Assembly: GCF_964194155.1 (NCBI RefSeq)
Contig: NC_135901.1
Coordinates: 21,762,001 to 21,826,000 of the forward strand
Reading direction: 5' to 3'
DNA length: 64,000 nucleotides
DNA from: Cetorhinus maximus
Taxonomy: Eukaryota
Shown here: positions 22,331 to 34,907 of the stretch, piece after piece
Layout: each line of letters opens with the position of its first letter
Numbering within the stretch: position 1 is the stretch's first letter
Program-made: the position numbers and the translations under genes
The notes under the pieces: generated by a model
What the model saw: only the letters and a program-made list of their open reading frames with translations
Databases searched by the model: none
What the model was told of the DNA's origin: nothing

Positions 22331-24990
22331 TGGTTAGACCACACCTGGAGAACTGTGTTCAATTCTGGACAAACGTCAGGAAGGATAGAATGGCCTTGGA
22401 GGGAGTGTAACACAGTTTTACCTGAGTGATATCCAAACTCCAAGGGTTAAATTACAGAAGAAGATTACACAAAAGTGTCATTATGGCACAGAGGAGGCCA
22501 TTCAGCCCATTGAGTCCATGCCAGTTTTCTGGAGCAATCCAGTCGTCCCATTCCCCTGCCCCTGCTCTATCCCCGTATCCTTGCAGGTTTATTTCCCTCA
22601 AGTGTCTGTCCAATTTCCTTTTGAGATCATTCATCAGGTCCATTTCCACCTCCCTTCGTAGGCAGTAAACTCCAGGTCATTACCACTCACTGTTTGAAAA
22701 CATTCTTCATCACATCTCCTGTACCTTTTACCCAAAGCCTTAAATATGTGTCCCCGAGTCCTTGTACAATCAGCTGATGGGAACAGCCTTTCTTTGTCCA
22801 CCTTATCTAAACCTGCCAGAAACTTGTGCACCTCAATCAAATCCCACCTCAACCTCCTTTGCAGGAACCATTCTGGTAAACCTCCTCTGCACCTTCTCAA
22901 GGACCTGCACATCCTTCCTAACATCTGGTGACCAGAAGACACTCAAATTGGAAACTTGCCAGAGCTTTGTAAAGATTCAGCATAGCTTCCTGTTTTTGTT
23001 CTCAATATCACTATTTATGTAGCTCAAGATCCAATCAGCTTTGCTAACGTCTCTCTTAATACATCCTGTCACCATCAGAGATCAAAGCACATGAACCCCG
23101 GGTCCCTCTGTCCATGCACACTCTTTAGAACTGAGCCATGAATTATATCTTCCCTCTCCCTATCCCTTATGCCAAAATCCAGCACCTCACTATGAGCGTT
23201 GTAATCCCGGAAACCCGGGAATTTAGAAGATGAAGAGGTGATTTGATCAAAGTTTTTGGGATATTAATTGGAACTGACTGGGTAGATAGAGAGGAACTAT
23301 TTTCACTGGTTGGGGAATCTAGGACGAGCGGGCGGAGGCTAAACATAGAATCAGGTTCCAGCACCTTTTCAGAAAGAGAGTTCCCGATCCTGACAACTCT
23401 CTGTTGGTGCAGAAACTGCTGGACTCGATGCTGAGTCTGGAAGGTTGTAAAGTGACTAATCGAAAGATGAGCTTCTGTTCCTCGAGCTCCCTTTGAGCTT
23501 GATTAGAACAGTTCAGGAGGCCAAGGACACTGAGGTCAGAGTGGGAGTGGGACGGAGAAGTTAAATGATAAATGACCGGACCTCAGGGTCCAGCATGCAC
23601 TTAACATGGTCAAATCCTTGATAAAATCCTGGCAGTATAACATCCAATTTCCTTTTGAAATGATTAATCGTCTCCACTTCCACCACCCTCATGGGCTGAG
23701 TTCCAGGTTATTATTGTAGAAACATGCTCTCAGAGGCTTTTTAGTCAAACAAATTAAGCTTTATTTAGACAAGAGCTTCTGTGGCTGCTTGTATCCAGCC
23801 AGCCCCTCCTACAACCACTTCCAAGGAAACTCCTCCCCTAGAATTTATTCCCCCACGCTAGCTACACATTGGTTGAACAAATCACATGACCCTACTTGCT
23901 GTGAAAAAAGTTCTTCCTCATATCCCCTCTTGCATCTCTTGCCCAAAACATGTATCCTTATACCATCAGCTAATTTAAAAGGATTTCCTTTGTCCACCTT
24001 ATTCTAAACCTTTCATAATCTTGTATACTGCTATCAAATCTCCCCTCAATCTCCCCTGCTCCAAAGAGAACAACCCCAGCTTCTCCAGCCTAACCTTGTA
24101 GCTAAAATCCCTCATCCCTGGAACCATTCTGGTAAATCTCCTCTGCACCTTATCAAGGCCCCTCACATTCTTCCTAAAGACTGGGGACCAGAACTGGATG
24201 CAATATTCTAGATGTGACCTAACCAAAACTCTATAACATAAGAACATAAGAACTAGGAGCAGGAGTAGGCAATTCAGCCCCTCGAGCCTGCCCAGCCATT
24301 CAATACGATCATGACTGATCTCATTTCGGCCTCAACTCCAATTTCCCGCCCTCTCCCCATAACCTTTCAACCCATTACTAATTAAAAATCTATCTCCTCC
24401 TTAAATTCATTCAGTGTCCTGGCATCCACTGCACTCTGGAATAGTGAATTCCACAGATTCACGACCCTTTGAAAAAAGTAATTCCTCCTCATCTCTGATG
24501 TAAATCTAACACCCCTTAGCCTAAAACTATGGCCTCTCGTTCTAGAATGCCCCACAAGGGGAAACATCCGCTCCACGTCTACTTTGTCGATCCCCTTTAG
24601 CATCTTATATACCTCAATTAGATCTCCTCTCATCCTTCTAAATTCTAGCGAGTATAGGCCTAAACTGCTCAATCTCTCCTCATAAGACAAGCCCCGCATC
24701 TCTGGAATCAATCTAGTGAACCTCCTCTGAACCGCCTCCAGTGCAACTAAATCCTTCCTCAAGTAAGGGGACCAAAACTGTGCACAGTACTCCAACTGCG
24801 GTCTCACCAATGCCTTGTACAGTTGCAACAACACTTCCCTATTTTTAATACTCTATTCCTTTTGCAATAAATGCCAAAATTCCATTTGCCTTCCTTATAA
24901 ATGCCAAAATAATGCCCTTGTTTTTATACTCAGTACCTCCATTTATGAAGCCCAAGGCCCCATATGCTTCACTGACTACCCGCTCAATCT
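22330..24990. mobile_element. Nested CR1 copies (mostly -) plus a PLE fragment at 23410-23600; youngest CR1 at 24237-24900 (-)
   Basis: MLLQLYKALVRPQLEYCAQFWSPYLRKD (24382-24834), VRSHLEYCIQFWSP (23999-24247); CR1 tails at 22480 and 24240. Confidence 0.85.
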
Positions 24991-24999
24991 GTCCTGCCA

Positions 25000-25700
25000 T
25001 AAGAAATTGGTCCCACAAATGGTTTAATCATCACCCATACACAGAAAGCCTATGTAATGATACAAGATTTAAATTAGTCCCTGTAATATTTGCCCTGAAC
25101 CCCAATACACACGTCCCCAAGGTTATGTCATCCCATCTTCAAGCACCTTGATGTTCAGATGATAAGGGAATTATCCGGGGATTTCAGAAGTCAGAATGCA
25201 GGGAGAGAGAGATGGGTGGACTATGACCACCCAGTAGCCAAGACCCCGCCGTTAAGGCAGTTTTGCAAAACACTGCGATCGTTCCTGTGATAGTGACACC
25301 AGTAAAAAGGGTGGAGGGAAGAGAGGGATCAGTGACTGGGCTGGAATAGGGGCCATGGCTGGCACGGCCGCTGGGAAGCACTTAGACATCGAGAATATGG
25401 GGGAACAGGACGAGGCTGTGAGGCAGCAATGGACAGGAATCTTCAGTAAAAGAAATAAAAGGCAGAGAGATGAAATCCTGGAACAACAAGAAGGAGTGAA
25501 ATCCAGAAAAGAGATGGTGGATGGACTGATTGAGAGAAAGGGAATGGTCAATAAGATCATTCAGCAGAATAAGATTGAGGTGATAAGTCAGAACATGTCT
25601 AAAGAGGTTCCCTGTGTGATGTAAGGAGGGTTTTTATTGGATCAGGTACAACAAGGCCAGGAGGACATTGAAAAACAATAGAGTCCAACATTAGACAGTC
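25000..25700 (+). mobile_element. Possible retroviral env-like remnant
   Basis: Frame of ORF 25355 extends upstream to GGKR|GISDWAGIGAMAGTAAGKHLDIENM (basic site, then Gly/Ala-rich peptide), followed by a helical stretch and Cys; internal stops. Confidence 0.4.
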
Positions 25701-26117
25701 CAAAGGGCCTGGAGAGGGAGGGTTAATAAACCTCAGGAGTCACAGGGCCGGGAGGATATTGAGAAACAATAGAGAGCTCAAAGGGTCTGGAGGGGGAGAG
25801 TTAATAATCCCAGGGAGTCACAGGCTGCACAAACTTCTAGTGTGGGCCCAGACCCATTGTAAAACAGTGAACAAATAAATCCCTGACTTTACTGAGACTC
25901 TTTTCCATGTCCCAGCTCCTGTAAATACTGACGGGAAAGGGAACAGAATCTCAGGAGGTTCCACACCGCTGGCTGCTCGTGAGGAAGTGATCTCCGATCA
26001 GATTAATGTGCTTCTGCTGTGAGTATTTAATAAAGTGTCTGAACTTCTCATTGTATTTCCTGTCCAATATCCCCCTCATCCATGGATCTTCCGTTTTCCC
26101 AACTGGGGGAAAAAAAT

Positions 26118-26247
26118 TGCCTAAAGCTGCGGATGCTGGAAATCTGAAACGAAAACAGAAATTGCTGGAAAAGCTCAGCAGGTCTAACAGCATCTGTGGA
26201 GAGACAAAGAGTTAACGTTTCGAGTCCATATTACCCTTCAGAGCTGG
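26118..26247 (-). mobile_element. Penelope-like terminus with hammerhead motif
   Basis: Reverse strand agct-CTGAAG..GGTAATATGGACTC-GAAAC-GTT-aact plus the shared tail. Confidence 0.75.
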
Positions 26248-26259
26248 TGTTGAAAAAAA

Positions 26260-26480
26260 TTGTCGCTGATTGGCCTCAATGTGGCAGTATTACCCAGAAT
26301 GCCTCATGGGTCAGAAAGCTCCCTATCCATGAGAACAGGAACCCAGAGCACCGGTGTGGGAGCCGGGCTGTGCTCAGAGCATGCTCAGTGCGGCTGGTGG
26401 AGACGGACTGGGGTGGAACAGGCAGCTGAGGAGGCTGGAGGAGATTGTGGATGCATGGGAGGAATTGGAGCCAGGGGTGG
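26260..26480 (+). promoter_or_regulatory. Probable promoter/first exon of ZNF 27381-28350
   Basis: ATTGG at 26269, gagcatgctcagtg (also seen at 34231), GC-rich. Confidence 0.5.
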
Positions 26481-26985
26481 GTCAGAATTAGATGATCTCA
26501 GATAATCCTGGAAGGCTGAAGGGCTGGAGACGACCACGACCGTCAGGGAGCACAGGGGATGATGGTGAACAAGACTTGGTGCAAGTAAGGAGATGAGCTG
26601 CTGAGTTTTGCGTGACCTCCAGTTTCTATGGAGTTGAATCTGGGAGGCCGACAAGAAGCACAGTCGAATTGTTCAGTTTAGAGGGAACAAAGGAATGGAT
26701 GAGTTTCAGCAGCAGATGAACTGAGGCAGGAACACAGTTGGGTGATTTTACTGAGGTGGAAATGGGTCGTTTGAGTGATTTGTAGTCAGAAGCTCAGCTT
26801 GGGCGGAAATATGACAACAAGATTGTGAACTGTCTGGTTCAGCCTCAGAGAGCTGCAAGAGGGATGGAGTTGGCGGTTAGGGAGTGGAGTTTGTAGCAGG
26901 GACTGAAAACCATGGCTTTCATCTTCCCAACATTTAAATGGAGGAAATTTCTGCTCATCCAGTACTGCGTGTCAGACAAGTCAGG
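26480..26985 (-). mobile_element. L2 LINE fragment in ZNF intron
   Basis: Homologous to 57700-58230 and to the L2 region at 29450-29550 (ttcctccaattaaatattgggaagattgaag). Confidence 0.6.
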
Positions 26986-27380
26986 ACAGTGTGTGAGTTG
27001 GAGGTGATGGTTTCACTGACACCTGTTACCTTCGTCCTTCTAGGTCGTGGGACGTTGAGGGTTTGGGATATTCTGCCAAAGTTCTGGTTGAGTTGAAGAT
27101 GTATTAAACACATCTTCACCCCCTGCACCTCCCACCTCTCTCTTTCCTCCCATGGAGGCAGAGTCCTGTGTAACCCAGATCAGGTGGCAGGTTCCATTCC
27201 CTGAAGGACATTAGTGAACCAGCTGGGTTTTTATGACAATCCAGCAGTTTTCATGGTCACTTTTTCCTAGTGCCGGACCCACAAATTACCAGATTCATTC
27301 AGCTCAATTTCACAACCTGCATTTGTGTTTTTTTGGGTTCTCTCTCATTCCCTTTTTTCTGTTTTAAATCAGTTTCACAG

Positions 27381-28350
27381 GGGATTAGAAGAGAGGATTT
27401 GCAGTCGGGAAACAGAAACAAAACATCACAGCAGAATCTGACAGTCGCCTGATTTATCGTAACCTGAATATCATTTGATTTTGAACAATGAAGGAAAAAG
27501 CACCGTTCACAGTGGAGAGAAACCGTACACGTGTTCTGTGTGTGGACGAGGTTTCAACCGATCATCTAGCCTGTCAAGACACAAGCGCAGCCACATCCGG
27601 GAGAAACCATGGAAATGTGAGGACTGTGGGAAGGGATTCAGATTCCCATCTGAGCTGGAAGGGCATCGGCACATAGGGGAGAGGCCGTTCACTTGCTCAA
27701 ATTGTGGGAAGGGATTTACTCTTTCATCCAACCTGCTGAGCCACCAGCGAGTTCACAGTGAAGAGAGACCTTTTAAATGCCTAGACTGCAGGAAGTGCTT
27801 TAAAAGTTCCTGGGAGCTGATGTCCCATCAACATGTTCACACTGACAAGAGACCATTTAAGTGCTCTCAATGCGGGACTGGGTTCAGGGGATCATCCCAA
27901 CTCACTGTACACCAGCGAATTCACACTGGGGAGAGGCCATTCATCTGTCCCCAGTGTAGGAATGGATTCACTCAGTCATCCCACCTGCTGAGACACCAGC
28001 AAGTTCACACGCGGGAGAGACTGTTCATCTACTCTGAGTGTGGGAAGGGATTCACTGAGTCACACAGCCTGTTAACACACCAGCAAGTTCACACTGGGGA
28101 GAGGCCATTCACCTGCTCCCAGTGTGGGAAGGGATTCACTCAGTTATCTAGCCTGCTGAGACACCAGCAAATTCACACTGGGGAGAGACCATTCACATGC
28201 CCCCAGTGTGGGAAGGCATTTAGTCATTCACCCCACCTGCTGACACACCAACGAATTCACACTGGGGAAAGGCCATTCACCTGCCCCCAGTGTGGGAAGG
28301 GATTCACTACCTCATCCAACCTGCTGAGACACCAGCGAGTTCACAAGTAA
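27381..28350 (+). pseudogene. ZNF gene with ~10 fingers, start codon apparently lost
   Basis: Open frame 27475-28350, but paralogous AAC ATG GAA GGA reads AAC AAT GAA GGA; finger 2 has a deletion (HRH) and one finger lacks a Cys (IYSEC). Confidence 0.7.
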
Positions 28351-28554
28351 CTAAAGTGGTGGGATTTTGCTATTAATCACATCCAGGACTGAACCATGTT
28401 CACTGGGATCTGTTTCTGCTGATGTTAATAAACTACAGACCACTTAGAGGGGCTAATATTCTGGATAAATGTCAAATAAATTAGTTTTGTGTTAAAGACA
28501 TGATGTGTTGAATCTTTTTAATATCTCTAACACAAGTTTGTTCCTTTTGAAGTG

Positions 28555-29550
28555 CTCTCCCTCTCCCCTAGCCTCCATCCTCACCCCCAGCAACCGGTGT
28601 GAGGATCTCATGGAGCTCCTTTGTCACTAAGATTGAGACAATCCGATCAGCTGCCTCTGCTGCTTCCCTCCCTTCCACTCGCCCTCCCTAAAGTTCCCCA
28701 TTACACGAGCCCTGAACTCAGATCTTTCTGTAGTTTCTCTCCCATCTCCCCTTAGGCCCTCTCAGAGCTCATCTTGTCCATGAAACCAACCTCCTTCAAC
28801 AACCCTGCTGCAACTAAACTACTGATCCCTCAACTTCCCCATGTTCACTGACTATGTTAACAGTTTTCTCTCTCAGGTACTGTCCCTCTCTCCTTCAATT
28901 CTGCCATCATTATACCCTTCTCAAAAAACAAATCCTTGACCCCACTGTCTTTCCAAACTACTGCCCCATCTCCAGCCTCTCTTTCCTCTCCAAAGTCCTT
29001 GTTGTCACCTCCCAAATCCCTGCCCATCTTTCCCAGTGCTCCATGTCTGAATCCCTCCAGTCATGTTTCTGCCCCTGTCACAGTACTGAAACAGCTCTTA
29101 TCAAAGTCACAAATGACATCCTATGTGACTGTGACAAAGATAAACTCGCCCTTCTCGTCCTCGACCTGTCTGCAGCCTTTGACAAAGTTGACCACATCAT
29201 TCTGCATATTCGCCTCTCCCCGTCATCCAGCTGGGTGGGGCTGCTCTCTCCTGGTTCCATTCTTCTCTATCTAACCATCGCCAGAGAATCACTTGCAATG
29301 TCTTCCCTTTCCACTCACACAGTTCCCTCTGGTGTCCCCAAAGGATCCAGCCTTGGTCTCCTCTTATTTCTCATTAACCTGCTCCAAACAATGACATCAT
29401 CTGAAAACACTCACTTATCACATTTACACTGACAGCTCTCAACTCTACCTCACCACCACCTCTCTCGACTTCTCCATTCTTGGTAAATTATCAGACTGTT
29501 TGGTGGATGTGCAGAAAATTTCCTCCAATTAAATATTGGGAAGATTGAAG
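28555..29550 (+). mobile_element. L2 LINE RT fragment
   Basis: NYCPISSLSFLSKVL, QSCFCPCHSTETALIKVTNDIL, LDLSAAFDKVDH, GVPKGSSLG. Confidence 0.9.
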
Positions 29551-30019
29551 TCATTGAATGGTTGTTAGAAGCAAATTCAGTCGTAACTTTCAAAAATGAT
29601 TTGGATTTTAAATTAATATGGAAAAATTTGGAAGGCAATCGGAAAAGAGCAGGGGAGTCGGACAGATTGGTAATGTTTTCAGGGACGGTACAGGCACAAT
29701 GGGCTGAATGGCCACCATCCGTACTCTATGATTCTATCATATCATGTTTATTATGAATCATTATATTATTACAGATGATAGAATCTCCTAATAGTACAGC
29801 AGTGAAGGAGGCCAGTTGGCCTATCAAATCTGTACTGACAAATTCGACGACCTATCCAGTTAGTCCCACTCCTCCATTCTTTACTCATCCCTGCATCATT
29901 TCTCCTTCAAATATTTATCCAGTTCCTTTTTGAAGTTTACTCTTGAACCTGTATCCATCAGATAGTGAATTCCAAATTCTTACCACTTGTTACTGAAAAG
30001 ATTTCCTCATGATGCTAGC

Positions 30020-30148
30020 ATAAAAGCAAAAGATTGCGGATGCTGGATATCTGAAATAAAAACAGAAAATGCTGGAAAAACTCAGCAGGTCTGACACCAC
30101 CCGTGGAGAGAGAAACAGTTAACATTTCGAGTCCATATGACTCTCCTT
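30020..30148 (-). mobile_element. Penelope-like terminus
   Basis: Shared tail; reverse strand TGAAGGAGAGTCATATGGACTCGAAATGTTAACTG. Confidence 0.7.
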
Positions 30149-30149
30149 C

Positions 30150-31225
30150 ATTACACAATACCAAATCTAGGACAGCCTGTTCCCGAGTCGGTTCCTCGAC
30201 ATTCTGGTCTAAAAACCATCTTGTATACTCCAGGAATTCATCCGCTAGAGTATTTTTGCTAATTTGGTTTGCCCAGTCTATATGCAGCTTAAAGTCACCC
30301 ATGATTACCGTAGCACCCTTGTTACATACATCTCTAATTTCCTGTTTAACACTGTTCCTTACCTTATCGCTAATGTTTGGAGGCTTATAGACAACTCCCA
30401 CGAATGTTTTCTGCCCTTTGTTTCTTCTTAGCTCCACCCAGACTGATTCTTGGTCTAGATTTTCTAAGGCAATATCCTCTCTCATTACTGCACCGATTTC
30501 ATCCTTAACTAACAATGCCACACCACCTACTTTTCCTTTTTGCCTGTCTGTCCTAAATATCGAGTACCCTTGGATATTCAGTTCCCAGACTTGGTCACCC
30601 TGCAGCCATGCCTCCGTAATCACAATCATATTGTACCCGTTTACATCTATTTGCACTGTTAATCCATCTACCTTATGACGAATGCTCCATGCATTCAGAT
30701 ACAGAGCCTTTAGACTTGTCTTTTTAACAATTTTTATACACCTCTTTTTGTACTATGGTCCTATTTGCTGCTAGCCCTTGTTTCCTCTGCCTTCCACTTT
30801 TACTTTCTACTTTTCCATCTTTCATTCCTATCTTTGTTTCCCTCTCTTGTGTCTCCTCACTCAGTTTCCCATTCACCTGCCAGTCTAATTTAAACCCTCC
30901 CCACATTACTAGCAAATACCCTTGCGAGGGTACTGGTCCTGGTCCTGCAACCCATTCAGCTTGTACATGTCCCATCATCCCCAGAATCAGTCCCCATGCC
31001 TCAGAAATCTAAATCCCTCCCTCCTACACCATCTCTCCAGCCATGTATTCATCCGGTCTATTCCTGATCTCGGTGGCACATGGTACTGGGAGTAATCCTG
31101 TGATTACTACCTTTGAGGTCCTGTTTTTTAATTTATTTCCTAGCTCCCTATATTCTGCTTTCAGGCCCTCATCCCTCTTTTTACCTATGTTGTTGGTACC
31201 GATATGGACCATGACCTCTGCCTAA
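30150..31225 (-). mobile_element. CR1 ORF1 (SGNH esterase) end and ORF2 APE endonuclease
   Basis: VHIGTNNIGK...VVITGLLPVP (SGNH); ITEAWLQ, IFRTDR, GVVYKPP, IMGDFK, LDLVL (APE). Confidence 0.9.
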
Positions 31226-31277
31226 TCTATGATATAGTAATATATCATATATTAACTATATATGTAATATTTTTTAA

Positions 31278-32560
31278 AGTTCATTCACGGGATGTGGGCT
31301 TCACTGGCTGGGCCAGCATTTAGTCCCCATACCTAGTTGCCCTTGAGAAGGTGGTGGTGAGCTGCCTTCTTGAACCACTGCAGGTACACCCACAGTGCTG
31401 TTAGGAAGGGAGCTCCAGGATTTTGATCCAGCGACTGAAGGAATGGCGATAAATTTCCAAGTCAGGATGGTGAGTGGCTTGGAGGGGAACTTCCAGGGGG
31501 TGGTGTTCCCATCTATCTGCTGCCCTTGTCCTTTGAGGTGGCTGCGGTCGTGGGTTTGGAAGGTGCTGTCGAAGGAGTCTTGGTGAGTTCCTGCAGTGCA
31601 TCTTGTAGATGGTACACACAGCTGCTACTGTTTGTCGATGGTGGAGGGAGTGAATGTTTGTGGATGGCGTGCCAATCAAGCGGATGTCCTGGATGTTGTC
31701 AAGCTTCTTGAGTGTTGTTGGAGCTGCACTCATCCAGGCAAGTGGAGAATATTCCATCACACTCCTGTCTTGTGCTTTGTAGATGGTGGACAGGCTTTGG
31801 AGAGTCAGGAGGTGAGTTACTTGCGGCAGGATCCCCAGCCTCTGACCTGCTCTTGGAGCCACAGTATTTATATGGCTGGTCTAGTTCTGTTTCTGCTGAA
31901 TGGTAACACCCAGGATATTGATAGTGGGGGACTCAGTGAAGGTAATGCCACTGAATGTCAAGGGGTGATGGGTAGATTCTCACTTGTTGGAGATGGTCAT
32001 TGCCTGGCACTTGTGTATTGCGAATGTTACTTGCCACCTGTCAGTACAAGCCTAGATATTGTCCAAGTCTTGCTGCATTTAGACATGCACTGCTTCAGTA
32101 GCTGAGGAGTCGCGAATGGTGCTGAACATTGTGCAATCACCAGTGAACATCCCCACTTCTGACCTTATGATGGGAGGAAGGTCATTGATGAAACAGCCTG
32201 AAGATGGTTGGGCCTAGGACACTACCCTGAGGAACTCCTGCCGTGTTGTTGTAGAAATGAGATGATTGACCCCCAACAACCACAACCATCTTCCTTTGCG
32301 CTATGTATGAATGCAACCAGTGTAGAGGTTCCCCCCCTGATTCCCATTGACTCCAGTGTTGCCAGGGCTCCTTGATGCCACACTTGGTCAAATGCTGCCT
32401 GGATGTCAAGGGCAGTCACTCTCAACGCGCCTCGGGAGTGCAGCTCTTTTGTCCATGTTTGAACCACGGCTGTAATGAGGTCAGGGGCTGAGTGACCCTG
32501 GCAGAACCCACGCTTATCATTAGTGTGCAGGTTATTTCTTAGCAAGTGCTACTTGATACA
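31278..32560 (-). mobile_element. CR1-clade LINE family B
   Basis: [58 protein letters not shown]. Confidence 0.9.
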
Positions 32561-33171
32561 GAAACAGGCCCAATCTCAATGCCGTGATGAACATTTTCGA
32601 TCACCAATTTAGCTTTGAGTGACACTGTTACAATCGATAATTTTCCATATGCTAGAATGTGCCCCATCATTGACTACAGGAGCCTGGTGTGATTACTCAG
32701 CACTCGGTTGCACTCTGAGCATGTGCAGCACAAGTGGTGGATGTAGAACATGCTGATCATGAGCTGGTTGGAGATGACACTGAATTACAGAAAATATCGA
32801 GTCCAAAAACAGAGAATTCTGTTCAACTGACCTGTGCTGGTGTTTATGTTTCACACAAGATACATTCCATTTCATCTATCTCATGTCTGCTTTTCAGCAT
32901 ATCTTTCTTTACAGAGATACGAACACTGAATTAAAAGCAAAATACTGTGGAAACTGGAAATCTGAAATAAAAATGGAAAGTGATGGAAAAACTCAGCAGG
33001 TTGTTTCCATCAGTTTGTACCAGTCTTGATCTTGGTGAATTTCAACTTCGGCCTTTTTCCAATCTGCAATTGCAGGTGGAGATGGGGGTGAATTGCACAG
33101 ATTGCATCATGGAGGATGGTCCAGACATTCTGGTATCTACATACTTTAAGTACCTATTGTGTGTAATGCGC

Positions 33172-34064
33172 TGTCATGAAAATATAATGCATTTCATCAT
33201 ATTGATGTGATATGTTGTAAAGGTAGGTTAATTTTGGGGTTTGGATTAGTTTCTCTGTGTGGATATGTGTGGGGGAGGGGATTTAATGGAATTGGAGACA
33301 GCTGGTCTGGAGCTTTTGAATGATCAAAAGGGAAGCTAGGTTTGAAATGCTAAATACATAAACCTGGCTGAAGTTTTAGAATGCGAGATGTGAGGAACAA
33401 TTGCATTTTTAGATAAATTAGGTTAGTTTGAACTTCAAAGAGACGATAAGATGTTACATCTAGCCATAGGAAGCTAAGTCAAACAGTGTGATTATTTTTC
33501 CCAAAGGTTACTGATAATATGAGTACTATGAAAGATTTATGATATGAGAAAAGTAAAGTTGCAAAGACATATTGGGGCATTGGAATTTACATGAAGAGAG
33601 AAACATGTATAAAGCAGAGGAAAGGCATTCTAAGATCTAACACAAGTGTGAAAAGCCTCCAGCCTCTATGCATTAAGTTGCTGTCTGCAGGAACTGAAGC
33701 TAAGAAAACTCACTTTGAATATCATTGTCCAAGGTATTGTGTGCTTTACCTGGGTCTGTTAAACTTATGTTTTGTTTTACTGTTGCCTTAACAGAGGTGT
33801 AAATGGGAGCTAGATTAATTAGGGGAGTTAGGAGTTATTATAATAGTAATTTGTAGACCTATGAATGTGCTTAAAATCTTTTATTCTGTTAATGAATGTT
33901 TAATTTAGTTTAAAAAAAACTCTAATTGTGGGTGGACTTATTACTACTGAATTCAAGGCGCGCATCTCGAGATAAAATACAAATTGCAAAACAGTAGTGG
34001 CAGGTTTCAGGTTTCGCTTTGTGATTTGAGTAGCTCGGCATTTACCATCCGCTGTGCCATAACA
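33172..34064 (+). mobile_element. Probable solo LTR immediately upstream of a ZNF promoter
   Basis: TGTCATG...CATAACA termini, flanks gcgc/tcgc (imperfect 4-bp TSD), internal TATAAA at ~33608; non-coding. Confidence 0.45.
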
Positions 34065-34179
34065 TCGCCCCGGGTTCCGATCTCGATTGGGAAGCCGATG
34101 CATTGAATTTTATGTTCCCAAGTCAAGATATCAAGGCGGATTATTTACCCAGAACACACCGCATTGCAGAAAGTCCCCT

Positions 34180-34660
34180 ATCAATGACAATAGGAGTCCA
34201 GTGCGCAGGTGCAGTGTGGGTGTGCGCTCTGAGCATGCTCAGTGTCAGTCATGGTGACAGAGGGAGGAGGAGCGGACGGTTCGGGAGGCGGGAGGAGATT
34301 GTGAGCACAGGGTAGGAATGGAAACCGCGGCTGGACTGGGAACTGGATCAACTTCTGGGGTAGGCCCCAGGCCCCGTGTTTACCCCGCGGTGACAGGCCT
34401 GGGAGGGAGGGAGCGATGGAGCCGGCGGCTGGACGGGGAGGATTTGGAAACACTTTGTGGACCCGCAAACCCTGAGGAATAATTGTCAGCTCCTGGTTTG
34501 CAGCTGCGGGGCTTCTCCCTCCCGGGAACAGGCCCAGGTTAACGGCCGCCATCCTGGGTCAGCGAGTGGAGGATGGTTCACATCAGAGGATGGGGGAGGG
34601 GGGACAATAAATAAGAGGTTACACTTTGGGCTCAAATCAATGAGGATCTGATCTGTGTTT
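34180..34660 (+). promoter_or_regulatory. CpG promoter/first exon of ZNF pseudogene 34908-35870
   Basis: GTGCGCAGGTGCA, GAGCATGCTC, GGCCGCCATC (34544); 34436-34657 nearly identical to the reverse complement of 7762-7983. Confidence 0.7.
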
Positions 34661-34907
34661 GGGAAACTGTTAACAAATGGCCCCTTGTAAAACATGATCT
34701 CCAGTTGTAGATTTTATTAAAAAGATACAGAGAATTATCCAACACTTTATTTAGATTTCAGCCCAGGGAGGAGGGAGAGTGTGTGGGACGGGGATTTACA
34801 GCTTTGGGGGAACAAGAGAGAAAAAATGTTCCATAGGAACTAAAATTAACTGTTCCTAATTTATATGCCGTGCTTACAATGAGGTCTTTTGAAATTTCTG
34901 CTTACAG

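Noticed and set aside
28384-28408. Iron-responsive element in the 3' UTR hairpin
   Set aside because: It has a C bulge and 5-bp upper stem, but the loop is CAU rather than CAGUGH
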